Below, piece by piece: positions 47,823 through 60,639 of a DNA stretch of 64,000 nt (position 1 is its first letter; every line of letters begins with the position of its first letter). Under the pieces are notes generated by a model, which worked only from the letters and a program-made list of their open reading frames with translations, had not been told where the DNA came from and searched no databases. The stretch covers positions 1,663,249 through 1,727,248 of the forward strand of contig BDGG01000005.1 of NCBI GenBank assembly GCA_001949185.1, written 5' to 3'. This DNA is from Ramazzottius varieornatus. Its lineage: Eukaryota > Animalia > Tardigrada. A program made the translations under genes and the position numbers.

Positions 47823-50800
47823 TCAAACTGCAGCGAGAATATTCCGACGAACCACCTTCCAGTTCAGGTACTTCGTCTGGACCTCTCTTGCTTCTTCGTA
47901 CTTTCTTCTTCCCACATACAAACCATACAGATTGAATGCCGCCCGGTACGAAAAGTCCACCACCGGGACCAGGTCTTTGGGCAGCTTGGACAAGTCAGTC
48001 TTCTTTTGGAGCTTGAGACACTCTTTGTAGAACTTGATGGCCTTCTTGACATCGCCGAACTGTTGCGCAGCTCGGGCTTTGTTGTAGGAGACCTCTTGAC
48101 ACACTCCCCGAGCCCTGCCGTACTTGTCCAGGTACTTCATTGCTGCGTCGAAGAGCTTCGCGCGGTTGACACGTGAAACGGCCTTGCCGCAGGCCAGTTG
48201 CACGCTGACGACGCCGAGGTTCAGCCAAGCTTGCCATGGCATCTTGTCGTCGCCCACCTTCTCTTGTAACTCAAGGTACTACAACCAAAACCAAAATTTG
48301 GACGTGTGACTGAACAACGTAGCAGTCCGGACACCGAACGCCTCCATCTCATAGGCGTGCATATTCAGTTAGGCACTTAGGTCACTGTTAAGACTGCATG
48401 CATGTGCATGCATAAGTGCACACATGAAAACAGCGCTGGAAACCCTGATCTCAAGCACCTACCTACCCGCCTCGACTAACTTCTGTACGACCAACTGTAT
48501 GCAGGTACGTGCGAAGCTCGCACCTTTCTCTGTCAGTTAATCAACGTCAACTTTCGCGTTTCAATTAGTTTGGCGAACAAAACATGGACAAGGTAAGAAA
48601 GCTTACAGTTCTGCAAAGAACAGTTCAAAAAACTTTATTTAACACTCTGCGTACGACGGTCCTCTTTGTGTATACAATCACTCAGTTTTATTCACCTCCC
48701 AGTTTTAGCTTTTGGTCTTTCGGGTCTGGGTCTTTTTCTTTGCATGTACCTCGGTCTTCTCACCAAAGCAACACTAATGACCAGCGGTCAGCAAAACCCC
48801 AGCAGCTGGAAATTTTTTCTACGGTTTCGGGTGGTTTTGGTGAAATTTGGTGTTTCGTCTCTTCGCGCGAGACACGTGCTCGGTATTCGCTTACGATTAG
48901 AAAAAACTGGAGCACTGGGGACAGTCTTATCTATCGAAGCCGAGCCTGGGATAAATTTTGTAGTCATCAGTGCGGTCAGAAGAAAATCAGGACGACCAGT
49001 TCTCCCTTTTGAGATTTGGCGTTCATGGCCTGCCAATTATCCGAATTTTGAAATTTCGAAAACTACGTATTGGTTGGACCAGCCTCCGCAACACGTTACC
49101 AGCCAATAAAATTCATGTATACACAAAGAGGACGGTAGTATTCTGCAAACATGAAAACGATCGTGCTGAAAGTGTTAAGTTTGGAACTGCAAACTGAGTA
49201 CTTACCAGTTTTCTGGCGCGGGTCTTTGTGCCAATGGCCAGCGCCTCGTTAGCCATGATCATCTGAAGCTCCACGCTGAAGACCTCGTGCTTCTTCATGA
49301 AGTGTATAGCGAACTTCCCGACGGAAGCTCGGTACAGCACGACAGTCCTATCTGGTATCAGGTAACTCATTAGGTTCCACAACTCCACCGGCATCTTACC
49401 ATTCCGTCCCGCGTTCACCATGCCACGCAGGTAGTCGTACACAAACCGTAACTTCTTGTTCACCGAACTTTCTCCCATCGAAGGTTCTATTGTCGAGTTC
49501 CGCGACCTAGAAGCTGATGTGTCCGCCGATGTGATCTCCAGGGAAGCTTCTGCGGCATGTTTGCGGCCCAAGTGGAACGCCGCCACGACGATGGCCAGCT
49601 TGATCTCGTGAAGCTTTTCTGGTTCATCGTGGAGCTCTTTGGTGCGTAGAGCGTTGAAAGAGATCTCTACCATATCAGAATACCTAGGAAGATCCAAATG
49701 TGCCATAATCATCTTTACGGCAGGACTGGGAGCTGGGCAAATAGACTCAACCAGCTCATTTTCATCAGTGGCGCACACTTTGGGTGACATTGGCCGGAAG
49801 CGTGCGCCACTTGAGAAAATCATGGCTGATTCTACCGTTTCGTTACGACAACTCCTAACAAGGCCGTGCCGGGCACAAACTTGATAGGCGATTTCGTAGG
49901 AAAAAGGCGAAACCAATCGGCGATCCAAAATTGGCGACTTACTTTGACCAGAGTTTGTCATAATTATCAACTGACTTAGGCAACCCAGTCAGAGAAAAAA
50001 CGGACTTACTGTTCAAGTTGGAATGCGATGGCCGCTCCATCTACAGCGATGCGTCTCCACGTCGCCAGATTGATTGTCTTAGCGGCGATGGCTGGGCAGC
50101 TTTCTCTGTAGATCTTCATGGGCTTGTCCAGAATGTACGGAGTCTTCAGTTCCCACAGAAAATCTTCGGCATTCAGAGCAACACGGTGCTGGAAAGTGGA
50201 CTGGAGTATCTTCTTGGCCAGTTCGACTACTTCCGCCTTGCTTTGTCGATCTTTATTCAGCGTCGCCTTGGCGTAGTACTCTTCGTACAGCTTCACCTGC
50301 GTTTCAGCTTCAGAATCGACATGTAGCTTCTCGTTACCGTAAGGTACAACGTTAGGGAACTCAAAGGACAAAGCGTACAGACGGTTCTTGGCGTCGCGAC
50401 AAGACTGACGACAGTTGAGACTCTGCTGGTAGGCTTCCTTTGCGCTTTCAACGTTGTGGAGGTGCTCGTAACAGTTCCCCAACAGGTTGTACATGTGGGT
50501 GTTACGGAAGACGGCGATGCAGCTTTGGATGTGGAGGATGAGGTCTCGAGCCATGCCAGCCTCACCGATGTGGAGAAGAGCCCGACCCAGGCGGAAGTAC
50601 ACCTCGCTGCTACTGCAAAACAAAACACTGTTACCGGACCAACGCGTGCATGACGTCACGCACTCTGATTCAGCCTGCCATGAACACATGACCAAACATC
50701 ACACCAGGATATAGCAGATTTAGCAAGCCATAGTGTCAAACCACAGCCAGCCCATTGGTTGAGACGTCACTGCGAACTCGGCCGTTGGCAAGTCGAACTT

Positions 50801-52054
50801 CCGGTTTCAAACTTTCGATGCTTGATTGTCGACCGAATATCGTTTGATTTTGGGACTTTATATTTTTGGCCACTTTCTCTGACTTTTATGGGAGAAAGGC
50901 AAGAAACATGTTACCTGTAAAATTTTTCATGAAGCAGGTTCACCGTCAAGATCTTCTGCACGCGTTGGCAGGACTTAGACAGCTGGACTTCAGCCAAGCA
51001 GACCGATGCGAGGATGGCCATGAGGGAGCCTTTGTTCTGGACATTCAGGTAGCCACTGTCCACGAAGATCTGGGTGGCGTTCTGGATGATTTCATGGCTA
51101 CTCAGGAACGGGATGACTTCCTCCATCTTTCCCAACTTTACCAACGCTTCCAGATGAACGGCCACGGCATCCACGAGGTCCAGTTTAGGTGTCTCCTGCC
51201 CTTGCTTGAAGGCGAACTCCAGTTCCAGGTGTCCTTCGAGCATCGCGATGGCTTTCGTCATCTTGTTCTGCGCCAGATAGCCTCGTGCCACTGTTACGGC
51301 TTGGTAGAAAGTACTCGGGTGGCCTTGCTTCTCGCAAAGTTTGTACAGCTCTTCTTGATACCAGATCTTTTGCTTATCCGTCTGAAAGCAGAACAGAAGT
51401 TCCGGCCGAACGTTCAAACCGGAAGTCCTGAAAATAACGTACCAGAAAGTCCGAGTTGATCAGCACGGTCAAGTATCCCATCTTCTCGTCGTCCGGCAAA
51501 GCCTTAAGCTGCACCAGAGCTTTCAGACATCGACACTGCTCGTCCTCATCTTCCGCTGCTTCCGCCATGTTGTATAACTTCTTCCAGACATATGGATTAA
51601 TCTTTCCAGTCAAAGTCGTCAATGCGCTTTTCAGATAAGCCAGAGCCTTTGGAAACTTTCCAAGAGCCTCGCAGCAGTTACTCATGGCGATGAAAGCTTG
51701 TTCGTCATTTGGACATTCAGTAACGATGTCCTGGAAGCTCTGTAAGGCTTCTTCATGTTGTTCAGCATAGTACAGCTTCATGGCCTTCTGGCGCATCGGC
51801 TCGAGTTGCAGCTGACTGAGGAGGCGAGTTCTTTTCTTCGGGAACGTGCCCAGTATCTAAAAAAGCCAGGAAGTAAAAACATGAGACTGAGAGGAGCAAA
51901 ATCTCGTCCATACCTGAATTTCATCGTCCTCTTCTGCGTCGTCGGCTTCTTCAGATTCTGCCTCGAGATCGGACATCGTGACGGTAACTTCTTCCTTTTC
52001 AGAAGGCTCCAGTAGGTTATCCAGGAACCTGGACAGCTCAGCAGGTCGATCCAT
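47823..52054 (-). CDS. GTF3C3: TFIIIC TPR subunit (Tfc4/TFIIIC102)-like; exons approx 52054-51914, 51856-51467, 51381-50915, 50612-50010, 49683-49206, 48278-47823
   Basis: TPR repeats; C-terminus YLDKYGRARGVCQEVSYNKARAAQQFGDVKKAIKFYKECL...AAFNLYGLY resembles GTF3C3 RYLSLRGPCQESFYNLGRGLHQLG. Confidence 0.8.
48350..48511. repeat. Family B, two units (GTF3C3 intron)
   Basis: cataggcgtgcatat-N31-gcatgcatgtgcatg and gcacctacctac-N30-gtatgcaggtacgtg. Confidence 0.7.
48643..49174. mobile_element. Non-autonomous piggyBac-type MITE, copy 2 (532 bp), inverted relative to copy 1, in the last GTF3C3 intron
   Basis: TTAA at 48639-42 and 49175-78; reverse complement of 36749-37281 with scattered substitutions. 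Confidence 0.85.
49727..49830. repeat. Family A palindrome (GTF3C3 intron)
   Basis: agtggcgcac-N25-gtgcgccacttgagaaaa. Confidence 0.85.
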
Positions 52055-52755
52055 CGTCGTTCCTTCCGCTTTGTCTGGAAGGGAGACAACACGTAGAAAA
52101 TAACCAGAAACATAAAACAAGAAAAGATCCAAAGGCAATGCTTACCACGGAGAACAGCCACTTGTAGAAAAATACACACAATTTCTGGATAGATTCCGCA
52201 GAACAGGAAGAAGTAACTTACATCGCCCGAAGGCGCTCACAGTTTTTCTACGTCTTGCCGACAAGAAAAGGAACAACAAAGAACCGGAGATGCTGAGAAA
52301 AGAGATTGGAACTTCTGATTTGATAACATCATAATGTTTACTAACTTAGTTACTACTTTGTAAGGCCAAAGCCTAACATCGTTGTTCTGAACCAAAGTAA
52401 CATAGACAGTTAGCCATATTGCAATACCGCTGTATCGCACATGCTGACAAGCAGTGTTTTGGTAAGCTAACCGGGTTGAAGTCTGTCCGGCACCGTTTCG
52501 TTTCCTACCGGTTGTGACCTGCATAATGCCACAGCTGCTGTTGTGTTTGATTGAATGTTCTGCTGGACTGAGCAACAGGTAGTAGGTCAAACCGCTCAAC
52601 CTTTTCCGCCGTTCTTTTGTTCAATGCGCCGACGCTGAGAGTTTTACATCTGCATCTCGATGGTGTTTGGAATAGGCCGATGGTTTACGGCTTCCATCGT
52701 TCTGCTCCCGTTCTGATTCCCATATCTCTGGGGAGCAACAACGCTTATCTTCAGG

Positions 52756-53580
52756 ATGTCGGACCTTCTCGCCATTCCTTTGGTTCTGATAATCGCTGCG
52801 GTGATCGGATGGTTTGCCAAGAAAACTGCCAATTCTACATCCGGTAATCTCACGGATTCACTCGAGCAAGCGCGGCAAACCGTCCAGCATCCCGTAACGC
52901 TGCAAGAGCTCGTCTCATCCTCCACCACATTTCGTCTCGTCATCCTTCAGAATCCCCTTTCTCCATTAAAAGCTAGACCTTCGGAATGGCTGATTCCTGA
53001 TCCGCCAACGTACTCCCTTTTACTCAACCCTGCCTTCTCTGATTTCTTGCAGTTACTCGGATCCGCTACCCAAACCATCGACATCGCCAGCTACATCCTC
53101 ACTGGCCAACTCATTCTGACGATACTTCGCGAAGCAGTAAAGAAAGGAGTCAAGGTTCATCTCATCGTCGATGGATTCAAGCAAGCCGAGAAAGCAGCCA
53201 AATCCTTCCAAAGAGACGGAGTTCTCGGCCAGACAGTGTCGGTATCCGAACTGGAGAAGTATGGACTTCACGTCAGGCCTTATATTGGGAAGAGTCGAAG
53301 AAGCCAGGAAGCAGCATGGGAACAGGATGAAGAACGAGAAGCCAAGTACGGTAAACGGCACTTTATACCAGTTCGAGAACGGACTCCGGATAAACCTCTG
53401 TGCATGTTTCACTGCAAGCATGTCATCATTGATGGCCGGGTTGTCATGTTCGGGTCTTGTGACGTCTCGGAAGACTCCTTCGCGACCCACTTTGACGATT
53501 TCATCGTGACCAACGACACGCACTTCGTGCAACCGTTCACGCAACAGTTTCAGGATACCTGGCACGACTTCCGCGTCTGA
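52756..53580 (+). CDS. Intronless PLD6/Zucchini (MitoPLD)-like protein with N-terminal membrane anchor and single HKD motif
   Basis: N-terminal LLAIPLVLIIAAVIGWF; ATQTIDIASYIL...REAVKKGVKVHLIVD; HCKHVIIDGRVVMFGS (HxKx4D). Confidence 0.8.
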   Translation: MSDLLAIPLVLIIAAVIGWFAKKTANSTSGNLTDSLEQARQTVQHPVTLQELVSSSTTFRLVILQNPLSPLKARPSEWLIPDPPTYSLLLNPAFSDFLQLLGSATQTIDIASYILTGQLILTILREAVKKGVKVHLIVDGFKQAEKAAKSFQRDGVLGQTVSVSELEKYGLHVRPYIGKSRRSQEAAWEQDEEREAKYGKRHFIPVRERTPDKPLCMFHCKHVIIDGRVVMFGSCDVSEDSFATHFDDFIVTNDTHFVQPFTQQFQDTWHDFRV

Positions 53581-54819
53581 TAGTCGACTGAAAAACTGAC
53601 TCGTCCCGATTAACTTCCGGCGTAAAGAAGCCATGTTTCGTATTTCGTTACCTCTTCATTTAATATACGAGTACAAAAGTCTTTCACAAACACTTTTTGT
53701 TACAGGACTGTGAATACGCTGCCAACGATGAAGTTTTTTAGACTGGTTCGTTGTGTTCCTCAAGCTCGCTCTTTAACCGAGTGCTTTTCTTAGCTCTTCT
53801 TTTTCAGTTCTTCGCTAACAGACTTTTCTTCTTCACTTTCCCTGATTTGCTCTACAGACCACATGTATGTAAGCTTCAGACATGGCGGCCAACGATTTGG
53901 CTGTAAAGTTTCGCTAGGTTTTCGCAGACCTTTTCATACAGCGTAATGCATGGATACAACCACCTGTTGCATAAATTTCCTGGCACATCTATCGAAATTC
54001 CCAAAAGCTATCTCAGGTATCCATTTCCCAAGATTGCTTTCGCTCTCCCGCAGTGGGGCAATTGTCGGCATCATATTCTGTGGGCAGCAATGCAGAACTG
54101 ACCCGAGCACCATCAGCGCCACGCAATAAATATCCGGCGCGCTCGCACCGGCAGCATAGCGAGACAAGACAGTTACCTCAAGCGAAAGAGACGACTTGAG
54201 CTCTACCATACTGTACCTAGACGAATTGAATTCTAAGATTGACAAACGCATACAGTAGCAGCAGCTAGCACTTGCAAGTCAGAGCTAGCTGTCATGGGTA
54301 AACTTCTCCTGCAGGCATAATATTACTCACCCACCAAGCATCAATTGCACTGGCATGTCCACGGCTACCTTAGCTTCTACGCTACACTAGCTACCTTCAC
54401 TTTCCACAGGTAAGTATAGCACATGGGTTGTCTGTACAATTTCACAAAATAGAAAGTGAGGGAAGGAAAGGCAGTGCATGGTGGTGTTTTCGCAACCACC
54501 TGATGATTACCGCATAACACATGCAGCGCCTGATATTACACTGCATCGCCTGAGTATTCACTGTATAGTTCTTCTCCCTTATAGCTTATCCGCCGACGAT
54601 TATATTCCATCGCGCTATACCTGGGCATGTTTGCCGAGCCAGCAACAGCCTAAAGAAAAGAAATCGTAAAAGGCCCAGAAGATTGCTGCTCTATGTGCCG
54701 GCACTGCTAACCCGTGGCACGGCAAAATCCACAAGCTTGTTTGTTGTCTTTGCACTGCCAGTCATATATTCTCAAGGACACCTTATCGAGACCTCTGCTA
54801 TTCCCCATCACATGAAAAT

Positions 54820-54935
54820 ATGCCGGAAGATTCCTCCACCGTCGTCGTTTCCGGTTCGGTCTCACCGGCATCTTCTCCTTCCTCGTCCCAACGCTCATCC
54901 CCGAAGACCCATACATCACCTACAACAAGTGAAAG
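54820..54935 (+). CDS. Possible first coding exon (MPEDSSTVVVSGSVSPASSPSSSQRSSPKTHTSPTTSE) of a long-intron gene
   Basis: ATG, Ser/Pro-rich open frame, strong donor AG|gtaagc; upstream UTR-like donor cag|gtaagt at 54409. No downstream exon identified. Confidence 0.3.
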
Positions 54936-56424
54936 GTAAGCAAGCAGGGCGAATGGAAGAGTGTTTAGATGTTTGAAATGGTTACTTTAACTGTGAGTGT
55001 CTCGACGATCGTCTTTCCGACAGCCTCTCTATATACTGTATATCTGTTATATGTAACGCGATTTGGAAGACCGGTTAAGTCCGTGGCTTCAGACCAGTTT
55101 GATGCGGAAAACCTGCTTCCTAAGAGCTTGCGCGGCTACTTTTAGAGACTTGCGCTGTATATCGATATACTTATTTTCCTTTGCCCACCAACAAGTTTTA
55201 CAAGAACCGCGTGAGTACACCGCGTACTCAAACAAGTTCTTCCAGTTCGAGACAGAAAGCTGACGTCGATGAATGAATCTTGTTCTTCCAGTCCATAGTC
55301 TAGACTCTTGCTGCTCTTGCGAATATTTCCAACTCTTGCGGTCAACTCTCGTGCGACACAAAAACTAGTTCTAGGTCGTCGTAGAAATGTTGGCAGTTTC
55401 ATTCGAACCAGCATACAGTTCGTTGTTCGTTTAGCTAGCGTTGATGGCATTGTCGGATACATTTCTTGCGGTTTAATTTCTTGGTTATGAAACCGTAAGC
55501 AAATTAGGCACATCCTCTCAAGCATGGACAAGTTCAAGATCGCAGCCAGCGCTGATTGTCGTGTAATTTGAGTTTGAAGTGATGGTGGAGTAAACAATAT
55601 TTGAATGCCATATTTTCCTTGCAACAGGTGTCATCAATACACCGGCCTATTCGCGATAACTGCTTAACTAATAAGAATATTTTTCTAACATTTTCACTGA
55701 TTAACTGTTTTACTCTGTCATTGAGGAGCAAATTCCTTTCTTGTTAAAATATATTCGAATATTTGAAAATAATTTTTCGTTGTTGTCGGTAGGTTGTTAC
55801 CCGACTAATGACTGGAAATCTCTTCAACGCTCAAGCTTGGTATATGTCGTAAAAATATCGATTTTTGAGGAAGGTAGGCGAATCACAAGGTCGTGCGTGA
55901 TCGGGTCGTGAGTGATCAGAAAAGAAGGATCATTAATTTGTCCTTGTTGAAGACTGGAGGACCCAGTCACACTGCAGAATGCACCGTATGTTTATGCGAC
56001 GTTGACGGTTTCAAGTATGAAGGGAAGGATGCATGATTAACGAGAAAGTGCTTGCTGCTGTACTCGTACCTGCATTAGCATGACTGAGTGCTTCGGGCCA
56101 TCACGGCGCAGGAATTTTCATTTTCCATCAATGTTTTGTGACTTTGTCCACGGTTATTTGGCATTGAACTGAAGCATCTTTCTGCAATCTTTCTGAGCGA
56201 CGTGGCACTTTTCCTCACTGAGCGGCTGGCAATCCTTTGCTGATGAGGCAAAAAATCCAATTCTTTCACGTCGGCGAAAACTTGACCTTGAAATCTGTAA
56301 CAAACAGACCCATTAAAACACGCAGATTATTTTGTCCGGAATATTAAATCTTCACTTATCACATCAGTTTACAATCTTTTTCCGATATCTTGACGATACA
56401 CAAAAACACATTTGGTACCTAACA

Positions 56425-56612
56425 AAGCAAACGAGACAACATCGTTTTCCAAAGTGGCGCATGCTTACAGCCAAGAATGAAGGAGACATGCGCTACTTGG
56501 AGAAACGATTTCGTCCACTTTTGAAGGGGCGCACGCTCCCAGCTAATAGCACTGAAACCGCGAGCCACCTGGGAAAACATCTTTACTATGTTTGTTTGCC
56601 GAGCTTCCGTTT
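56425..56612. repeat. Family A doublet, 72-bp period
   Basis: aagtggcgcat-N25-atgcgctactt then aaggggcgcac-N25-gcgagccacct. Confidence 0.85.
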
Positions 56613-59038
56613 CTTATTTAACTTACGTAATATTCGTATCATGATTCACTTCTTAGTCCTGTTTCCAAATAGTTGTCTCGAATATGGTTTACTTCTTGCC
56701 GCTACTGAATTTTGGCAAATTTATTACGTCAGTGATAGGATTGTTCCACATCGTGCGAGTTGTCTGATGGACCAGGAAGTATTTTTTCCCCATCATGTGA
56801 CGCGTTTCCTTTCTCACACCATACTACCCCCTTTCGCGCCCATTTTAATTCCTTGGACCAATATTTTCCACGTTATGCAAATATGCATCTTGAAGAAATC
56901 TCAGTTTGCGTCTGAATATGAGGCAGTGCATATCAGCATATGCACTTGCCGCATAATTCATGCCTTTGGAAATCTCCTGTCACTGTCTACGGGTCAAAAG
57001 CAGCGGTGTATAAGTCCCTGGGCAAACAGAAAATTGCGTGTTATTGCGTACACTGACAAAGATGGGTTTTGTGAGCTCCGTGGAAAGTGTTTTGCTAGTG
57101 TCGAGGCGGAAGAAGAGCGACTGAAGGAAAAGGCTCTGCTTTCCATCACGCACCGATGCAAGAGGTGTTTCCATTTTTCTCAAGTTATGCTCACTGCCCC
57201 AAGGGGAATGTGAAAGACGATCCGATTTAATGTGGTCAGCTAGGTGGATCAAGCAGGAAGAATGGCGCTGCTTCATGCACTTGACACTGGCATATCCTAC
57301 TATGCAATCTGTCCCGGCACGTCCGTGGCTTCGTGCGGCTTATGGTCGTAAAAATAGAATGATGGTCGGCATACCTGATGCTTGTGACCCACTGAATCAT
57401 GTCCAGCTTTGAAACCATTCTTCCAACAGAAATCTTCGTACACTGAGGTCCTGACGCAGTCCTCTTCCGTCCACCTTGAAGCCTCAGCGGGAATCCTGAA
57501 AAAAAATCAGTTTTGTCATAGACAGTTGGGTACTTCGTGGCAAAGGACCGGCGGTCCGTTGATGGATATCGCCAGAAACTCGAATAAAATTTTGCGAGGT
57601 TTTCGGGCAGAATTCCCGTATCAAAGAACTGGCGGTGGATTTGTACGTTTTAGTGGAGCGATACTTCCCTGTTGTTTGAGGACCTGATGATGGTACATCC
57701 TTGTTCTCTTTTGCGTCTTCCTGGCCCGTTTTGGCAAGAAGAAAAAGATTTACGGTGGAACATGGTTACTGTTTGGCTTGGTTTGGTTCGGGAGGAAATG
57801 GCCGATGGTCAGTCGGATAAACAGGCAGGCAGCCTTGGCAGACAAATGCTCGGAGGAGATGTCACCCAGCATTACTAGGTCAGCAAGTCTGAACTTATCC
57901 GAAGCACTCAGCCTGATCGTCCGGCCCTGTGTTTGTCTATCCAACCGACCATCTTTTCCATGGACTGTCCACTTTTCCCATTTTAGATTCTGTCTCCACC
58001 TAACAATGGCGGCTGTTCATTCCAGCTCCTGGATAATTATCTCAGCACTAGTCTCCAATCAAAACTCTTTTCAGATCCCGGACAAAAAGGGACAAAACGA
58101 GGTATCTGTCCCGAACTGACCATTGCTTATGTATGATGGTAACTTTCGATTTGCTCTCCCTTTGGAATATCTTTCTTCGATCGTCTGGCTTTTCATCCCC
58201 ACCAAGAAAAGAAGAGGTTAAAGATGGCCTGGGGCTACTTGGACAGCAATTTTAAAATTGTCACGCCTCGATGAGCAGGCTTCAAAGATAGGGAATGACT
58301 CTACGCTTGTTTGTCTTTGCTTCCGTGCATGCACATCTGAGCGCTGAGCTGTCTTGCCTGTGTCAACGTGGGCTTACAATCATCTTCAACTCCCCAACAA
58401 GTGCTTTCCGCTGCACTTTTCCGCTTTGCCGGCCGCTTCCTGTCAAGCTGGGGGAAAACAGGTGGGCGTAGCCCTCGTGGGAACAGACACAATTGCTTGT
58501 GCGCGTACGCATACATCGTGCTTTCCACCACACAAACTATGGTCCGTCTGGGACAGAAAAACCACCTAAATTCCGAATGAAATCTACGTGATACCAAAGA
58601 ACACATAATAGAATAAGCTATTGGCTACAAATAATGAATTATGGACTTGTTATCTAGATATTCATTTCTATTTGATGTTCCTGCAATTATGAATTCTTTG
58701 CCGGCATTCGAACGTAAAATATTGCTTTATCAAACGCCCATTAAAGCCTCTTGGACATAATCGCGTGGTAACAATATTTCAGACTGGCACTGGAAAGCGT
58801 CTGCAGCAACAGTTCCGTCACTGTCGGCCCCTCATACAAACTCCGCAGTGACACAGTCCCCACCTGTTGATATTCACTGGCCCGCCGCCAGATGGCGTGG
58901 TGCGCCTTTGAAGGGTGCTAGAAGGCAATGCAACAGGTTCCCACCATCCCGCCCGTTTTTCTACTTCGGCTCTAATGCAAATCTTTAGTTGCCCAAGTTC
59001 GAACTGAGTGAAACAAAAGTTAGATCTGGGCTGGAGCG

Positions 59039-59105
59039 TGTTTGGTCCCGCATATGTGGCAGCCATGTTTGGTCCCGCATATGTGGCAGCCATGTTTGGT
59101 CCCGC
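59039..59105. repeat. 27-bp tandem repeat, ~2.5 copies
   Basis: tgtttggtcccgcatatgtggcagcca repeated exactly. Confidence 0.9.
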
Positions 59106-59670
59106 CTAGCCTACGCCCCAAGCTTGCCTTTTCGTCCATTGCCGACAGAAGGGACTTGACTTGAATCCAGAAATGGGAGCGAGATCTTTTTCTAACAGGC
59201 GGACCCGGTAGTACCTCAGACAGCTGAGATGACGCCGTATGTTGCCGGCACCAGAAAAAAACACAGTGCACACATGTGGACACAAGGCTGGTTTTATTAC
59301 CGCACACAACACACAGTTCCTTATGGCGAATGAAGCATCACAATTTTGTTCAAGGTCGACTACATAGTGGTTGTTCATTGATTACGCAATGTACAGAGTC
59401 GGTCTACAGCACAGATCTCTGTCTAAATAGCTGCAGGTATGCCATGTTTATCTTAACTGCAATACACCGCGGAACCTGAATTGGCCTCCGTTGATCGATC
59501 TAAAATGTTACAAAAACGCGTCAGATAGGTGGTGTGTTCCTTCCATTATGCACGTCGACCTCGAACTTGCCACCATATCAAACGACATAATCCAAATCCC
59601 TTCCCTACAATCCACTGCAACGTCATAAGAAAATAAATTTTCAGAATTTTCAACTTACATGACGGCTACA

Positions 59671-59725
59671 TCAAGTGGCGCACATTTGTATTGTTATTTG
59701 CTGCAAATCTGCGCCACTCAAGACG
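59671..59725. repeat. Family A core
   Basis: tcaagtggcgcac-N25-ctgcgccactc. Confidence 0.8.
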
Positions 59726-60639
59726 AAAGATGTTGTACGTTTTATTTGCCTAGCTTTCAAATTCTTCTGTCAGTTTTCTGATGGTCAACTCAAAATGGAA
59801 GATTCGAGTCTTCGTCTTGATGGCTGGAGATACGGAGGTACTCGGAGGTCCTGGTGGTTTGTTTGAGAGGGTGAAAGGCTATGTAAACCTCGGCGTACCC
59901 TTAGGATCCAACTCGCGCACAGACTGTAGCTGGCACATGCCGAATATACCTTTGCCGGTACACAGGTATGTATATACACTGAGGAGACAGCACAGGAAGC
60001 ATGCATCACATTATGACCACATTTATTTGAGCTACCATGATCAACACGTCGTCCGGGAGCAACTATCCACCAAGGTCACGGTCTAGCCTCTGTAAACATA
60101 CAACATAATTAGAACTAATAGCTCGTACGAACACACAATCCTCGCAATTATGCATAACCCTTTCATCAAAGACTCGTCCTATATGTAGGCTCTATACACT
60201 TGTGCGAAACCTGTTCAAGTTAGAAAAAGGGTCTTCGATATTTTGGACGTACATTGTGACGTTTAAACGTTTGACTGACAAATGTCCGAGGTTTGAGGCT
60301 CGCAAAGCCGATAATTACGGCAACAGCAGGATCTTATTACCAGCCCGGACTTTCACTTTGAAAAACATGACTCCCTGCCGGTCCATTGCGGACATATCTG
60401 TCAATTACCTCTCCGTAAGCTTTCTGGGTTTTCCCTTGCTTCAGGCTTAGCAATACAGTTCAGCAAGTCTTGGATACGGTGTCGTCTGTTTCTTTCTGAT
60501 GAGCAAACCGTGACAAAAAGCGACCGACACTAAGCGAGGAATGTTCCTCGACGATCCTGGTTATCAAACAGATAAGAACTGCTGGCGCCCAAACAGTTCT
60601 TTCCGTCCCTACATGGAAGCTTTACAAACTAGCTTGACA

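Noticed and set aside
48607-48610. Apparent 4-nt microexon (cag|AACT|gtaag) in GTF3C3
   Set aside because: It would shift the frame or create a stop. Direct splicing 49206 to 48278 gives ARKL-YLEL, which aligns without gaps to GTF3C3.
56332-57213. 293-aa ORF and the recurring FPKWR-like peptide in several ORFs (3391, 18932, 56332, 60622)
   Set aside because: The peptide is the translation of the Family A core ttcccaagtggcgc. These ORFs show no protein-family signal.
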